Part shown: piece after piece, positions 1 to 10,240 of the stretch | Layout: every line of letters begins with the position of its first letter | Position numbering within the stretch: position 1 is the first letter of the stretch | Made by a program: the position numbers and the translations under genes | Assembly: GCA_040385405.1 (NCBI GenBank) | Contig: JAZKHM010000011.1 | Span: forward strand, 50,919 to 114,918 | DNA: 64,000 nt | Direction of reading: 5' to 3' | Source of the DNA: Bacteroidota bacterium | Lineage (GTDB): Bacteria > Bacteroidota > Bacteroidia > Sphingobacteriales > Sphingobacteriaceae | The notes under the pieces: generated by a model | Told to the model about the DNA's origin: nothing | Seen by the model: only the letters and a program-made list of their open reading frames with translations | Database searches by the model: none

Positions 1-815
1 GCAAGCTTTATAAAACCAGTCGAAGCCGGGTAATGTACTATGTCCGGAAAATTGGACTGCAACTGTATAAATTTGCCTACCGGAACTATTGGATTTTTAA
101 AAAAACTACCCGCATTACCGATGGTCTTTGGGTCGGGTAATTTGCTCACCCGGATGTAAGATACGATTGAAGATATATCTTTAATTGTAGGTTGATTTAT
201 ATTCCGTTTTTCAAGTTCATCCTGAATAGCTCCGTAAGTTATTTTTGGAGAAAAGGTCAGGGAAAGCTTAAAGGTTACTTTGGTAATAATATAAAGTCCC
301 TTTAAAGATGATTTGAAAATACTATCGCGATAGCTGAAATTACATTCCTCTGCGGTGAATGTTCGAATCTGGCCAGATGAAATTTCGAACGCCTGGCACG
401 AATCGAAAACATCCATCAACTCCACACCGTAGGCGCCGATATTCTGAACAGGTGATGCTCCAACCGAGCCGGGTATCAGACTCAGATTTTCTATACCTGC
501 AAATTCATGATCAACAGCATAATGGACCAGATCGTTCCATACTTCCCCTCCTCCGGCAGTCAGGTAAACATTATCGCCATCAATTCTGTGAGAAATGCCT
601 TTAATGTTTATGTGAATAATCAGACCTTCAAAATTCCTGGTAAAAAGTATATTGCTGCCTCCGCCAAGGATCAGGCTATCAGTCTGTTTTATATTTTCAT
701 CTGAAAAAAGAGCTAGAAGGTCTTCTTCACGTTCAATGTCGGCGAACATCCGTGCCCGGGCCATTACACCAAAAGTATTCAAGTCTTTTAAAGAAACATT
801 TTCCTGTATAGTCAT
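1..815 (-). CDS. murB: UDP-N-acetylmuramate dehydrogenase (3' end runs off the window)
   Basis: Manual translation from ATG at 815: MTIQENVSLKDLNTFG...LGGGSNILF...GIENLSLIPGSVGASPVQNIGAYG...GNAGSFFKNP, all MurB motifs. Not in the ORF track because it is truncated by the window edge. Confidence 0.95.
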   Translation of the reverse strand, partial: MTIQENVSLKDLNTFGVMARARMFADIEREEDLLALFSDENIKQTDSLILGGGSNILFTRNFEGLIIHINIKGISHRIDGDNVYLTAGGGEVWNDLVHYAVDHEFAGIENLSLIPGSVGASPVQNIGAYGVELMDVFDSCQAFEISSGQIRTFTAEECNFSYRDSIFKSSLKGLYIITKVTFKLSLTFSPKITYGAIQDELEKRNINQPTIKDISSIVSYIRVSKLPDPKTIGNAGSFFKNPIVPVGKFIQLQSNFPDIVHYPASTGFIKL

Positions 816-829
816 GAGATTCCGGCAGC

Positions 830-1282
830 TTAATCTTTCTGGCGTTTCCTGAAATATTTTCCCGAAGCTAGCAATAATCCAAACTCCTCAGAATGATTTT
901 TATCCATCGACTTATGATGGATCTTATGGGCCCTTCTTATTCCCAGCAGATAGCGGTTGCTGGTTTTAAACGGTTTAACACGATTATGAATAAACCAGTC
1001 GTGGAAGATAAAATATATAATTCCATACAGGGAAATTCCTGTCCCTATCCAAAATCTCATGTCCAGGCTTTCCCGGCCAATCCACATCAGATATAAAGAA
1101 ATTGCGGCAAATAACCCACTGAATATATCATTAGCCTCAAACCAGGAAGCATGGGGCTTATGGTGTGACTGATGAATAAACCAGAGAGGACCGTGGAAAA
1201 GGTATTTGTGGATGAACCACGAGAAGGCTTCCATGGCAATGATCGTTGTGATTATTAGGTCTAGGTTTATTAGAACTTGCAT
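830..1282 (-). CDS. crtZ: Beta-carotene hydroxylase (fatty-acid hydroxylase/sterol desaturase family)
   Basis: 150 aa membrane protein with MEAFSWFIHKYLFHGPLW, HQSHH, HDWFIH and AHKIHH histidine boxes typical of CrtZ. Confidence 0.85.
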   Translation of the reverse strand: MQVLINLDLIITTIIAMEAFSWFIHKYLFHGPLWFIHQSHHKPHASWFEANDIFSGLFAAISLYLMWIGRESLDMRFWIGTGISLYGIIYFIFHDWFIHNRVKPFKTSNRYLLGIRRAHKIHHKSMDKNHSEEFGLLLASGKYFRKRQKD

Positions 1283-1287
1283 TCTTG

Positions 1288-1446
1288 AGTTGTAAGTTAT
1301 AGGTTATAAGTTGTAAGTAACGGGTCCTAACTAGTAAGGTTTTACTTACAAATAATAATCAAACTAAGTTATACAGATAATTATTAATCAATTGATCCTC
1401 GATTTACGACTTGATACTTACAACTTATAACCTATAACTTACAACT
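1288..1446. repeat. Perfect 32-bp inverted repeat built from heptamer units (1288-1319 / 1415-1446) between lpdA and crtZ
   Basis: AGTTGTAAGTTATAGGTTATAAGTTGTAAGTA is the exact reverse complement of TACTTACAACTTATAACCTATAACTTACAACT; 95-nt spacer. Confidence 0.95.
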
Positions 1447-2849
1447 TAAATATGGATCGCTCTATTCTCCGTCGCCGCCATAGCCGCTTCTCGGAATGAT
1501 TCCGTAAAAGTCGGGTGGGCATGCGAGATCCTGGCTATATCTTCCGCTGAGGCCCTAAACTCCATCGCTACCACGGCTTCAGCAATCATATCAGCTGCCC
1601 TCGGGCCAATCATATGTACCCCAAGTATCTCGTCGGTGCCAACATCTGCCAGGACTTTAATAAAACCATCTGTATCCATGCTTGCACGCGCCCGGCCGCT
1701 AGCTTTAAATGGGAAAGATCCAGCTTTATATTTCACACCCCGCTCTCTTAATTGCTCTTCTGTTTCGCCAACACTTGCTACTTCGGGCCAGGTGTAAACT
1801 ACTCCCGGAATAAGGTTATAGTTGATGTGCGGTTTTTGTCCCGCTATACGTTCAGCAACGAAGGTCCCCTCATCTTCAGCTTTGTGAGCGAGCATAGCGC
1901 CCTTTATCACATCTCCAATAGCATAAATTCCCGGAACTGAAGTCTCCAAATGCTCATTAACCGGAATTTTCTTCCCCCGTTCTTCCAGAGTAATACCTAT
2001 ATTTTCAAGACCAAGGCTCTCAGTATAAGCAGTACGGCCCACTGCAACAATACAGTAATCGCCTTCAATGCTAACTTTTTCGCCCTTTGCATTATCAGCC
2101 GTTACCGTCACTTTACTGCCTTTTACTGTCGCTCCGCTTACTTTGTGGCTTAAAAGAAATTCCATTCCAAGTCGGGAGAGAACTTTTTGCAGTTCTTTTC
2201 CTAGTCCTTTATCCATTGTGGCGATTATGGAATCCATAAATTCTACAACAGTTACTTTCGATCCCAGCCTGGCATATACAGATCCGAGCTCAAGCCCGAT
2301 CACTCCGCCACCGATAACGATAAGGTGTTTAGGTATTTCTGTTAAATTTAACGCTTCTGTAGAGGTAATGATTCTTTTCTTGTCTGTTTTCAGGAAAGGC
2401 AATTCCGTAGGTTTAGACCCTGTCGCCAGGATAATGTTGGTCCCCGTAATATTTTCTGTTTTCCCGTCGGCTTTAGTAACCTTAACCGTGTTCTTATCTA
2501 CCATCGATCCCATACCCTGATAGGCAGTGATCTTATTCTTTTTGAACAGAAAAGCAATACCGCCCGTAGTTTGTGCCACTACATCGTCCTTTCGCTTAAC
2601 CATTTGCTTAAGATCCGGTTTAAGATCTTTCAGGTTAATTCCATGCTCTTTGAAATTATGCAATGCGTTATGATAATGTTCGGATGAATCCAAAAGCGCC
2701 TTTGATGGGATACAGCCAACATTAAGGCAGGTGCCCCCATAGTTGCTGTACTTTTCAACAACCGCAGTTTTTAAGCCCAACTGGGCACAACGAATTGCGG
2801 CGACATATCCGCCGGGACCACTTCCAATAACTATTACGTCAAATTGCAT
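1446..2849 (-). CDS. lpdA: Dihydrolipoamide dehydrogenase (E3)
   Basis: GSGPGGYVAA FAD site, GGTCLNVGCIPSK redox disulfide, GGGVIGLE, C-terminal HAHPTFTE. Confidence 0.97.
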   Translation of the reverse strand: MQFDVIVIGSGPGGYVAAIRCAQLGLKTAVVEKYSNYGGTCLNVGCIPSKALLDSSEHYHNALHNFKEHGINLKDLKPDLKQMVKRKDDVVAQTTGGIAFLFKKNKITAYQGMGSMVDKNTVKVTKADGKTENITGTNIILATGSKPTELPFLKTDKKRIITSTEALNLTEIPKHLIVIGGGVIGLELGSVYARLGSKVTVVEFMDSIIATMDKGLGKELQKVLSRLGMEFLLSHKVSGATVKGSKVTVTADNAKGEKVSIEGDYCIVAVGRTAYTESLGLENIGITLEERGKKIPVNEHLETSVPGIYAIGDVIKGAMLAHKAEDEGTFVAERIAGQKPHINYNLIPGVVYTWPEVASVGETEEQLRERGVKYKAGSFPFKASGRARASMDTDGFIKVLADVGTDEILGVHMIGPRAADMIAEAVVAMEFRASAEDIARISHAHPTFTESFREAAMAATENRAIHI

Positions 2850-2894
2850 GTAAGGATGATTTTTATGTATAAAGCAAAGTTAAGAAATAGGGAT

Positions 2895-2966
2895 GAGATT
2901 GCCACGCTCCGCTTGGACATGCTTTTAGTAACGCTGTCCTATCAAGATGTACTACGAAGCAATCTT
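2895..2966. repeat. Degenerate REP/MITE-like palindromic remnant
   Basis: GAGATTGCCACGCTCCGCT ... ACGAAGCAATCT; AGATTGC/GCAATCT inverted ends. It resembles REP-like intergenic repeats as recalled, not searched. Confidence 0.35.
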
Positions 2967-3212
2967 ATGTTCCTTTTTAGAAAAGCACGGCTTGTGGTTC
3001 TTTTGTGCTGATAGTCGGGTGCTCTGCAGTAATTTTTTGCAGAAAAAGGTAATCTCGCAGAAAAGTCTGACAAGCAAAAAGCTACTGCTGCCGCCCCCGT
3101 TTAGCTTACACAAGACAGTGCATTTCGGTTTGTCAATCGTACAACGATTTAGCAGGTTCATTTTTTTTATTAATTTTATAATCCTACTAACCAGTTTGTA
3201 TAAAATCCCGGA

Positions 3213-4853
3213 ATGAACCTTAAATCAATATTGATATTTCTCCTTATGGCCCTGTGTACGCTTTCAGGATTTGGGCAGAATAAAGTGCCGGCATTCACCA
3301 GGGCAGACACGCTGCGAGGTAAACTGACGCCATTAAGGACTTCATATGATATTAACTATTATCACCTCGATGTTAAAGTAGATATCGACAACAAGTTTAT
3401 CAGCGGCTCAAATGTATTCCAATTCACCGCTACCGAAGATCTGAAGCGTTTGCAGTTCGATCTGTTTGAAAACCTGGCTGTCGATAAAGTGATTTATAGA
3501 GGCAGAGAATTGCCATTTCAGAGAGAGTTCAATGCAGTGTTTATTGATTTTCCGGGTCTTATCAGGCAAGGTGCAAAAGAAGAGTTTACAGTTTATTATA
3601 GCGGCAAAGCTCTGGTAGCAAAAAGGGCTCCCTGGGATGGTGGATTTACTTTTGCTCAGGATAACCAGGGTAAACCATGGGTGGGAGTATCCTGCCAGGG
3701 ACTGGGTGCCAGTTCGTGGTGGCCTACAAAAGATCACCAGGCCGATGAAGTAGACAGCATGATGATCAGCATTTCTGTTCCTGACGGCCTTATGAACGTC
3801 AGCAATGGCCGGCTCCGTTCAATGGAAAAGCTCAATAATGGCTATACCCGTTATAACTGGTTTGTTTCCTATCCAATCAATAATTACAGCGTTACGCTGA
3901 ATATTGCGGATTATGTGCATTTCGATGATACCTACAGGGGAGAAAATGGAAATCTTACTTTGGACTACTATGTGCTCAAAGAAAACCTTGACAAGGCTAA
4001 GAAACAATTCGGAGCAAATGTAAAGCCCATGTTAAATGTATTCGAAAACTGGTTTGGCCCTTACCCCTTTTACAGAGATGGATTTAAGCTGATCGATGCC
4101 CCTTACCTTGGGATGGAGCATCAAAGTGCCGTTGCCTACGGCAATAAATACCTTAACGGTTATATGGGTACTGACCTTTCAGGTACAGGCTACGGGTTAA
4201 AGTGGGATTATATTATTATCCATGAAGCGGGACATGAATGGTTTGGAAACAACATAACGTCAAAAGACATTGCCGACATGTGGATACACGAAGGTTTTAC
4301 CATGTATTCAGAAGGCCTATTTGTTGAGAGCCTCGACGGAAAAAAGGCCGGAGCGAAATATTTAGCAGGTGTAAGAAAAAACGTGTCAAACATCAGCCCG
4401 ATCATCGGGCCATATGACGTTAATACCAGGGGTTCCGGCGATATGTACTATAAGGGTGCCAACCTTGTTCACATGCTTAGAACTATAATTGATGATGATG
4501 TAAAATGGCGATTGATACTGCGCGGACTAAATAAAGAATTTGGTTTAAAGACCACAACTACTAATGAAGTGGCAAATTATATCAACAAGGAATCAGGGAA
4601 GGATTTGACCAAAGTCTTTGACCAGTATCTTCGCTACTCCAGGCTTCCTGAATTGCAATACAAAGTAAGTGGTGGAACTGTGAGGTATCGCTGGAATTCA
4701 GATGTACCGGGGTTTGATATGCCAGTTAGAATTCTCAAAGGCAACAAAACCCATTGGATTCACCCAACTTCGACCTGGAAGACCATGAAACTGAAAACAT
4801 CGTTTGTGCCAGATATTGAAAATTTCTTTATTTCGGTGAAGAGGGTGAATTGA
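3213..4853 (+). CDS. M1 family zinc aminopeptidase, secreted
   Basis: Signal peptide; GMEHQS (GxMEN-like), HEAGHEWFGN...WIHEG (HExxH-18-E), YYKGA. Confidence 0.92.
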   Translation: MNLKSILIFLLMALCTLSGFGQNKVPAFTRADTLRGKLTPLRTSYDINYYHLDVKVDIDNKFISGSNVFQFTATEDLKRLQFDLFENLAVDKVIYRGRELPFQREFNAVFIDFPGLIRQGAKEEFTVYYSGKALVAKRAPWDGGFTFAQDNQGKPWVGVSCQGLGASSWWPTKDHQADEVDSMMISISVPDGLMNVSNGRLRSMEKLNNGYTRYNWFVSYPINNYSVTLNIADYVHFDDTYRGENGNLTLDYYVLKENLDKAKKQFGANVKPMLNVFENWFGPYPFYRDGFKLIDAPYLGMEHQSAVAYGNKYLNGYMGTDLSGTGYGLKWDYIIIHEAGHEWFGNNITSKDIADMWIHEGFTMYSEGLFVESLDGKKAGAKYLAGVRKNVSNISPIIGPYDVNTRGSGDMYYKGANLVHMLRTIIDDDVKWRLILRGLNKEFGLKTTTTNEVANYINKESGKDLTKVFDQYLRYSRLPELQYKVSGGTVRYRWNSDVPGFDMPVRILKGNKTHWIHPTSTWKTMKLKTSFVPDIENFFISVKRVN

Positions 4854-4928
4854 CAGGTTTGAGCTTCGGGCTGAGAGATTACCCGTTAATTAAATTGCAA
4901 GCGGAGAAAAAAATTAAAGCGGCACTGC

Positions 4929-4952
4929 AACGTTTTAGTTGATCTTTCGTCT
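4929..4952 (+). promoter_or_regulatory. ECF-sigma-type promoter candidate (AAC-N16-CGTCT)
   Basis: GCAAC gttttagttgatcttt CGTCT ending 36 nt upstream of the DUF2807 gene start. Confidence 0.45.
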
Positions 4953-4988
4953 TATGAATATAGAACGCAATTTAAAAAAACCAATATC

Positions 4989-5723
4989 ATGAGATATTTT
5001 AAAAAATACCTGGCCCTTCTGGCATTGTTGATAGCCAGTTCTCAATTGGATGCTTCATCCACTTTAATTACTGTTGTAAAAAGCAAGAAAGCAGCAGCTG
5101 ACGAAACACGAAAAGTATCTGGCTTTACAGGCATTTCCTCATCCGGAAGCTACAATGTTATTATTACTATGGGCACTACTGAAAGCCTTCGGCTTGAAGG
5201 TGATGCCGATCATATTTCAGAAATTGAAACCGTAGTAGAAAGTGGCACCTTAAAGATCAGGAATAATAAGAAAACCGGCAGCTGGACCAGCAGGACTGGG
5301 AAAATTAATATTTATATAACAGCTAAATCATTGAAAAACCTAACTCTCAGCGGTTCTGGCGATATGAATGTTAAGGGACTAGTCAAATCGACTGATATTT
5401 CTACAACTCTGGGTGGCTCAGGAAATATTTCTCTTACGCTTGAAGCCACAAATTACGCTGCCACTATTAGTGGTTCGGGAGAAATCAAAGCGAGCGGAAA
5501 GACAGAAAATGCAAGGATCAACGTGAGTGGGTCGGGTGATTTTGAAGGCAATGGGCTTCGTACAAATGTTACGAGTGCAAAAGTAAGCGGATCAGGAAAC
5601 ATTTTTATAAATGCCGATAAAGCGCTTGAAGCAGCGATGAGCGGATCCGGAAATATCAGATATAGCGGAAGTGCAGCTGTAAAAGCGAGTAAAAGCGGGT
5701 CGGGGAGAATTTCAAAACTCTAA
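4989..5723 (+). CDS. DUF2807 / head GIN domain beta-helix protein
   Basis: Signal peptide followed by repeated SGSG-x-I units and the N-terminal ETRKVSGFTGI pattern. Confidence 0.85.
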   Translation: MRYFKKYLALLALLIASSQLDASSTLITVVKSKKAAADETRKVSGFTGISSSGSYNVIITMGTTESLRLEGDADHISEIETVVESGTLKIRNNKKTGSWTSRTGKINIYITAKSLKNLTLSGSGDMNVKGLVKSTDISTTLGGSGNISLTLEATNYAATISGSGEIKASGKTENARINVSGSGDFEGNGLRTNVTSAKVSGSGNIFINADKALEAAMSGSGNIRYSGSAAVKASKSGSGRISKL

Positions 5724-5912
5724 CCTGAAATAGATAGCCCCCCAATTCCATTACTCATTTGCCCCCAGCCTTATAGGGACCTTATAGCGATATAGCAAGT
5801 TAGATACAGGCATCTACAGTGCAAAGGACAGGCATGGTTAATTGTTAGTTCCGGTCGGACCAGGCACTTGACATGTACACCTGAAAACCAACTACTTGAT
5901 TTCTCTCACGAC

Positions 5913-5941
5913 AAAAAAGCCCACTGATATTCAGCGGGCTT
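5913..5941 (-). terminator. Intrinsic terminator of sucAB
   Basis: Minus strand AAGCCCGCTGA-ATA-TCAGTGGGCTTTTTT (one G.U pair, U-tract). Confidence 0.8.
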
Positions 5942-5953
5942 CAAGCGTTGTGC

Positions 5954-5988
5954 AGGTAACTTACAACGTAAAACGTACAGCGTACAAC
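5954..5988 (-). repeat. Degenerate heptamer array directly after the sucB stop
   Basis: Minus strand TAA-GTTGTAC-GCTGTAC-GTTTTAC-GTTGTAA-GTTACCT. Confidence 0.7.
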
Positions 5989-7221
5989 TTATATTCCTAA
6001 TAGCAATCGCGCAGGATCTTCCAATAATTGCTTAACACGCACGAGGAAACCAACCGACTCGCGGCCATCAATGATCCGGTGATCATAAGAAAGAGCAACG
6101 TACATAATTGGCCTGATCACAACCTGCCCGTTTAATGCTACCGGGCGTTCAACGATATTATGCATTCCAAGTATTGCAGATTGCGGTGCATTGATAATTG
6201 GAGTAGACATCATAGAGCCGAAAACACCACCATTGGTGATGGTAAAGGTACCGCCTGTCATTTCCTCTAGAGTCAGTTTGCTATCACGGGCTTTGACAGC
6301 CAGATCCATAACAGAAGCCTCAATCTGAGCAAGCGACATCGCCTCAGCATTTCTTATTACCGGTACAACTAATCCTTTGGGAGCTGAAACTGCAATTGAT
6401 ATATCAGCAAATTCGTTGAAAACAATTTCCTCTCCGTCAATGCGTGCATTTACAGAAGGAAAATCTTTAAGTGCTTCACAAACGGCCTTGGTAAAGAATG
6501 ACATAAATCCTAGACCCACACTGTATTTTTCTTTGAATTTATCTTTGTATTTAGCACGTAATTCCATAATGGGCTGCATGTCAACCTCATTAAATGTGGT
6601 TAGCATGGCCGTTTCGTTCCTTACGGCAACAAGGCGTTTTGCTACTGTTTTCCGTAAAGAAGACATCTTTTCCCGGCGTTCCACTCTTGAACCCGGAACA
6701 GAAACCTTTGCAGGCTGCGCTGCAGGAGCTTTAGCTGGTGCCGGTGCTGAAGCTTTTTTTCCAGCTTCTGCATTCAAAGCATCTTCCTTCGTCAGTCGCC
6801 CGTCCACTCCTGTACCTTTAACACTTGATGTATCAAGTCCTTTCTCAGCAAGAATTTTGGCAGCTGCCGGAGATGGGCTTCCTGATGCGTAGGTTGATCC
6901 TTTCTCCGCTGTATTCGCCGCAGCTGGCTTGGATTCTTCTTTTGCCGGTGCTGTTTCCTGCGCTGCTGGTTTGGTATCCGCACTTCCACCTTCTTCAATA
7001 CTGCAGACAGGTGCTCCAATTTCCAATGTATCACCTTCGTTAGCAATGGTTTTTAAAGTACCGGCTTTTTCAGCTGTTAGCTCAAAGGTGGCTTTGTCAG
7101 ATTCTAGTTCTGCAATAACCTCGTCCATTTCCACGTAATCGCCATCTTTTTTTATCCATTGGGATAACGTTACTTCCGAAATAGATTCGCCAACAGGCGG
7201 AACTTTGATCACTAAACTCAT
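5989..7221 (-). CDS. sucB: 2-oxoglutarate dehydrogenase E2 (dihydrolipoyllysine succinyltransferase)
   Basis: Lipoyl motif ELESDKAT, E3-binding domain [12 protein letters not shown], catalytic SYDHRIIDG. Confidence 0.97.
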   Translation of the reverse strand: MSLVIKVPPVGESISEVTLSQWIKKDGDYVEMDEVIAELESDKATFELTAEKAGTLKTIANEGDTLEIGAPVCSIEEGGSADTKPAAQETAPAKEESKPAAANTAEKGSTYASGSPSPAAAKILAEKGLDTSSVKGTGVDGRLTKEDALNAEAGKKASAPAPAKAPAAQPAKVSVPGSRVERREKMSSLRKTVAKRLVAVRNETAMLTTFNEVDMQPIMELRAKYKDKFKEKYSVGLGFMSFFTKAVCEALKDFPSVNARIDGEEIVFNEFADISIAVSAPKGLVVPVIRNAEAMSLAQIEASVMDLAVKARDSKLTLEEMTGGTFTITNGGVFGSMMSTPIINAPQSAILGMHNIVERPVALNGQVVIRPIMYVALSYDHRIIDGRESVGFLVRVKQLLEDPARLLLGI

Positions 7222-7241
7222 AATGGTTTCTGTTATTTCTA

Positions 7242-10031
7242 TTAGTCTATATTAACAACTTTTTGTGTTGTATTCTCTACTTTTTTCTTTACTTCCGGTC
7301 CGGCAGATGTTTCAAACGCCTGGCCAACAACAAATAACTGTTGTGTAATGTGCTGTTTGGCATATCCTGTAGCGGTACTGCTGCTCTCACGACGGCATAC
7401 GACATCGAAATCAAATGCCGACCTCCGGAATTTTCTTGCAATATAAGGCCAAACTCCCATATTTTCTGGTTCTTCCTGAACCCATACATGCTCGCCGGCT
7501 TTTTTATATTTTATTCTTATAGAATCAAGTTGGTCATATGGAGTGGGATAAAGCTGCTCCACACGAATGATGGCTACATCTTTTCTGTTATCAGCTTGCT
7601 GTTTTTCGAGCAAGTCGTAATAAATCTTACCGCTGCAGTACAAGACCCGTTTAACGTCTGCGGCTTTCACATAAGTATCGTCTATAACTTCGCGAAATCC
7701 GCCGTCTGTAAACTCCTCTAATTTACTTACGCATTGCGAACTTCTCAGTAGACTTTTCGGAGTAAAAACCACCAGAGGCTTACGGAAATCCCGTTTAAGC
7801 TGACGGCGAAGTAGGTGAAAGAAATTTGCCGGAGTGGTACAATTCGCAACCTGAATATTGTCGTCGGCACAAGCTTCCATAAAACGTTCTATCCTTCCCG
7901 ATGAATGTTCAGGTCCCTGACCTTCGAAACCATGAGGAAGCAGCATTACCAGTCCGTTTGAACGTTGCCATTTCGTTTCTGCGCTTGTGATAAACTGGTC
8001 TATAATAATCTGGGCACCATTTACAAAATCGCCAAACTGTGCTTCCCATACTACCAGAGCCATTGGATTGGCCAGCGCATAACCATATTCGAACCCGAGT
8101 ACACCATATTCCGACAAATGAGAATTATAAATCTCAAACTTAGCAGAACCGTTATCCAGCTTCGCTAAGGGCACATATTCCTCTTCCGAATCTTCAAGGG
8201 TAAGCACTGCGTGCCGGTGTGAGAAAGTTCCCCTCTCCACATCCTGCCCGCTAACACGCACCCGGAAACCATCCTGAAGTAGTGACCCGTAGGCCATGAG
8301 TTCAGCCATTGCCCAATCAAAAACTTTTGTTTCAGACATCCTCTTACGGTCGTCAAAAAGCTTTTCGATTTTCTTAAAGAACTTCTTATCAGATGGAAGT
8401 GTTGTGATATTTTTAGCGATCTCCAGCAATTTCTTAGCTGGCACCCTGGTATCAGACGGTGTACCAACCCAGTTTGTAACCAAACGAAGTCCTTTCCACG
8501 ATCCGGCAAGAACAGAGTTCATTGCTGAATAGGATTCATCCTCTTTAGCTTCATTCAACCTTTCCTGTAAGAGCGCCCTGAAATTCTTCTCCATTTCCTT
8601 CGCAAGGCTTGCATCAACACTACCCTGTTCAAGCAGCTTTTTATTATATATTTCTCTTGGATTAGGATGCTTTTCAATCGCCTTGTACAATAAAGGCTGA
8701 GTAAATTTAGGTTCGTCAGCCTCGTTGTGTCCGAACCGGCGATAACAAAGGATATCAATGAAAACATCATTATGATATTTCTGACGATATTCTACGGCCA
8801 TGTTAATTGCATAAACGAGCGCTTCCACATCATCCCCGTTAACGTGGAAAACCGGTGATAAGGTGGTTTTGGCAAGGTCAGTACAATAGGTTGAGGAACG
8901 CGCATCCTTATAGTTAGTAGTAAATCCTACCTGATTATTGATTACAAGATGTATACTGCCGCCTGTCCTGTATCCTTCAAGTTTGGCCATCTGCAGAACT
9001 TCATAGGTAATACCCTGTCCTGCAAGAGATGCATCGCCATGTATCAAAATTGGCGCTATGCGTTTATAATCGCCTTCGTATTTGAAATCTATCTTAGACC
9101 TGACCATTCCTTCTACAAGAGGGTCAACAGCTTCAAGATGTGATGGATTTGGACACAAACTCAGGTGAACTTTTTTTCCGCCGACGGTCTCAACGTCTGT
9201 AGAGTATCCCAAATGATATTTAACATCACCGCCAAAAGGGGTATTAACATCGAAACCTTTACCTTCGAATTCGGAAAAGATGTTCTTGTAAGTTTTATAC
9301 ATTATATTGGCAAGCACATTGAGTCGTCCCCGATGTGCCATTCCAATTACAAACTCTTCAATACCGAGTTCAGCGCCTTTTTCGATTACCGAATCGAGTG
9401 CCGGAATTACCGATTCCGCTCCTTCAAGCGAGAAACGTTTTTGACCCAGGAATTTAGTTCCCAGGAAATTCTCAAATACAACCGCCTCATTTAATTTTCC
9501 AAGTATTCTTTTTTTCGTTTCAATACTGAAATTGGGCGTATTCCGCTCACTTTCCATACGCTTTTCGAACCACTTTAACTTTTCAGGGTTACGAAGGTAT
9601 TTGTATTCTACACCTATTGACTGGCAGTAGGTCTGCTCTATCAATTCGATAATGTCTTTAAGTTTTGCAGGGCCAAGGCCAACTTCGACCCCCGCATTGA
9701 ATACGGTATTAAGGTCAGATTCCTGCAGGCCAAATGTCTCCAGTTCTTTTCCCGGGTAATAGGATCTCCGCTCACGAACAGGATTTGTTTTCGTAAACAA
9801 ATGCCCGCGCTGGCGGTAACCGTTAATCATATTCAGAACATTAATTTCCTTTAAGAAATGATCAGGCGTTTCAGCACTAACTACGCCCGCCTCAGAACCG
9901 CGGCCAAAATCGAAACCTTCAAAGAACTTCTGCCAGCCGAAATCAACTGAATTTGGGTCTTGTTTATAAGATTGGTAGAGGGAATCGATGTAGGCAGAAT
10001 TCGCGTTACTGATGTATGATAAGTTATCCAT
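7242..10031 (-). CDS. sucA: 2-oxoglutarate dehydrogenase E1
   Basis: [32 protein letters not shown] motif, [10 protein letters not shown]. Confidence 0.97.
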   Translation of the reverse strand: MDNLSYISNANSAYIDSLYQSYKQDPNSVDFGWQKFFEGFDFGRGSEAGVVSAETPDHFLKEINVLNMINGYRQRGHLFTKTNPVRERRSYYPGKELETFGLQESDLNTVFNAGVEVGLGPAKLKDIIELIEQTYCQSIGVEYKYLRNPEKLKWFEKRMESERNTPNFSIETKKRILGKLNEAVVFENFLGTKFLGQKRFSLEGAESVIPALDSVIEKGAELGIEEFVIGMAHRGRLNVLANIMYKTYKNIFSEFEGKGFDVNTPFGGDVKYHLGYSTDVETVGGKKVHLSLCPNPSHLEAVDPLVEGMVRSKIDFKYEGDYKRIAPILIHGDASLAGQGITYEVLQMAKLEGYRTGGSIHLVINNQVGFTTNYKDARSSTYCTDLAKTTLSPVFHVNGDDVEALVYAINMAVEYRQKYHNDVFIDILCYRRFGHNEADEPKFTQPLLYKAIEKHPNPREIYNKKLLEQGSVDASLAKEMEKNFRALLQERLNEAKEDESYSAMNSVLAGSWKGLRLVTNWVGTPSDTRVPAKKLLEIAKNITTLPSDKKFFKKIEKLFDDRKRMSETKVFDWAMAELMAYGSLLQDGFRVRVSGQDVERGTFSHRHAVLTLEDSEEEYVPLAKLDNGSAKFEIYNSHLSEYGVLGFEYGYALANPMALVVWEAQFGDFVNGAQIIIDQFITSAETKWQRSNGLVMLLPHGFEGQGPEHSSGRIERFMEACADDNIQVANCTTPANFFHLLRRQLKRDFRKPLVVFTPKSLLRSSQCVSKLEEFTDGGFREVIDDTYVKAADVKRVLYCSGKIYYDLLEKQQADNRKDVAIIRVEQLYPTPYDQLDSIRIKYKKAGEHVWVQEEPENMGVWPYIARKFRRSAFDFDVVCRRESSSTATGYAKQHITQQLFVVGQAFETSAGPEVKKKVENTTQKVVNID

Positions 10032-10240
10032 TTAAAAACAAAATCTTTTGCGAAACAAAAATAAGATTTTAAGCCTGAAATTGGTAATAAGTGTTTGCTA
10101 TTTTGAAATTAGCATGTAACACTTGCATACCGGGTACTGATAACGGGTACCTGCCAACTGACGAGGCCAGGTGATTACCAATGTTTGTGGACTGAGTAAG
10201 GAGTACTGCGTGCGGAGTAGAACGTAGCAATCCTATGTTT

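Noticed and set aside
1320-1414. Four-helix-bundle remnant in the lpdA-crtZ spacer
   Set aside because: The short frame DQLINNYLYNLV is too weak to call homology.
2947-3216. Overlapping small ORFs on both strands upstream of the M1 peptidase
   Set aside because: Low-complexity, non-protein-like translations in a divergent promoter region.
6377-6892. 171-aa plus-strand ORF, and similar antisense ORFs over lpdA, fecR, eboE and eboA
   Set aside because: They lie wholly opposite well-supported genes and have no independent motifs.
10032-10240. Possible riboswitch or ncRNA upstream of sucA
   Set aside because: No riboswitch or tRNA consensus could be matched by eye; an Rfam search would be needed.
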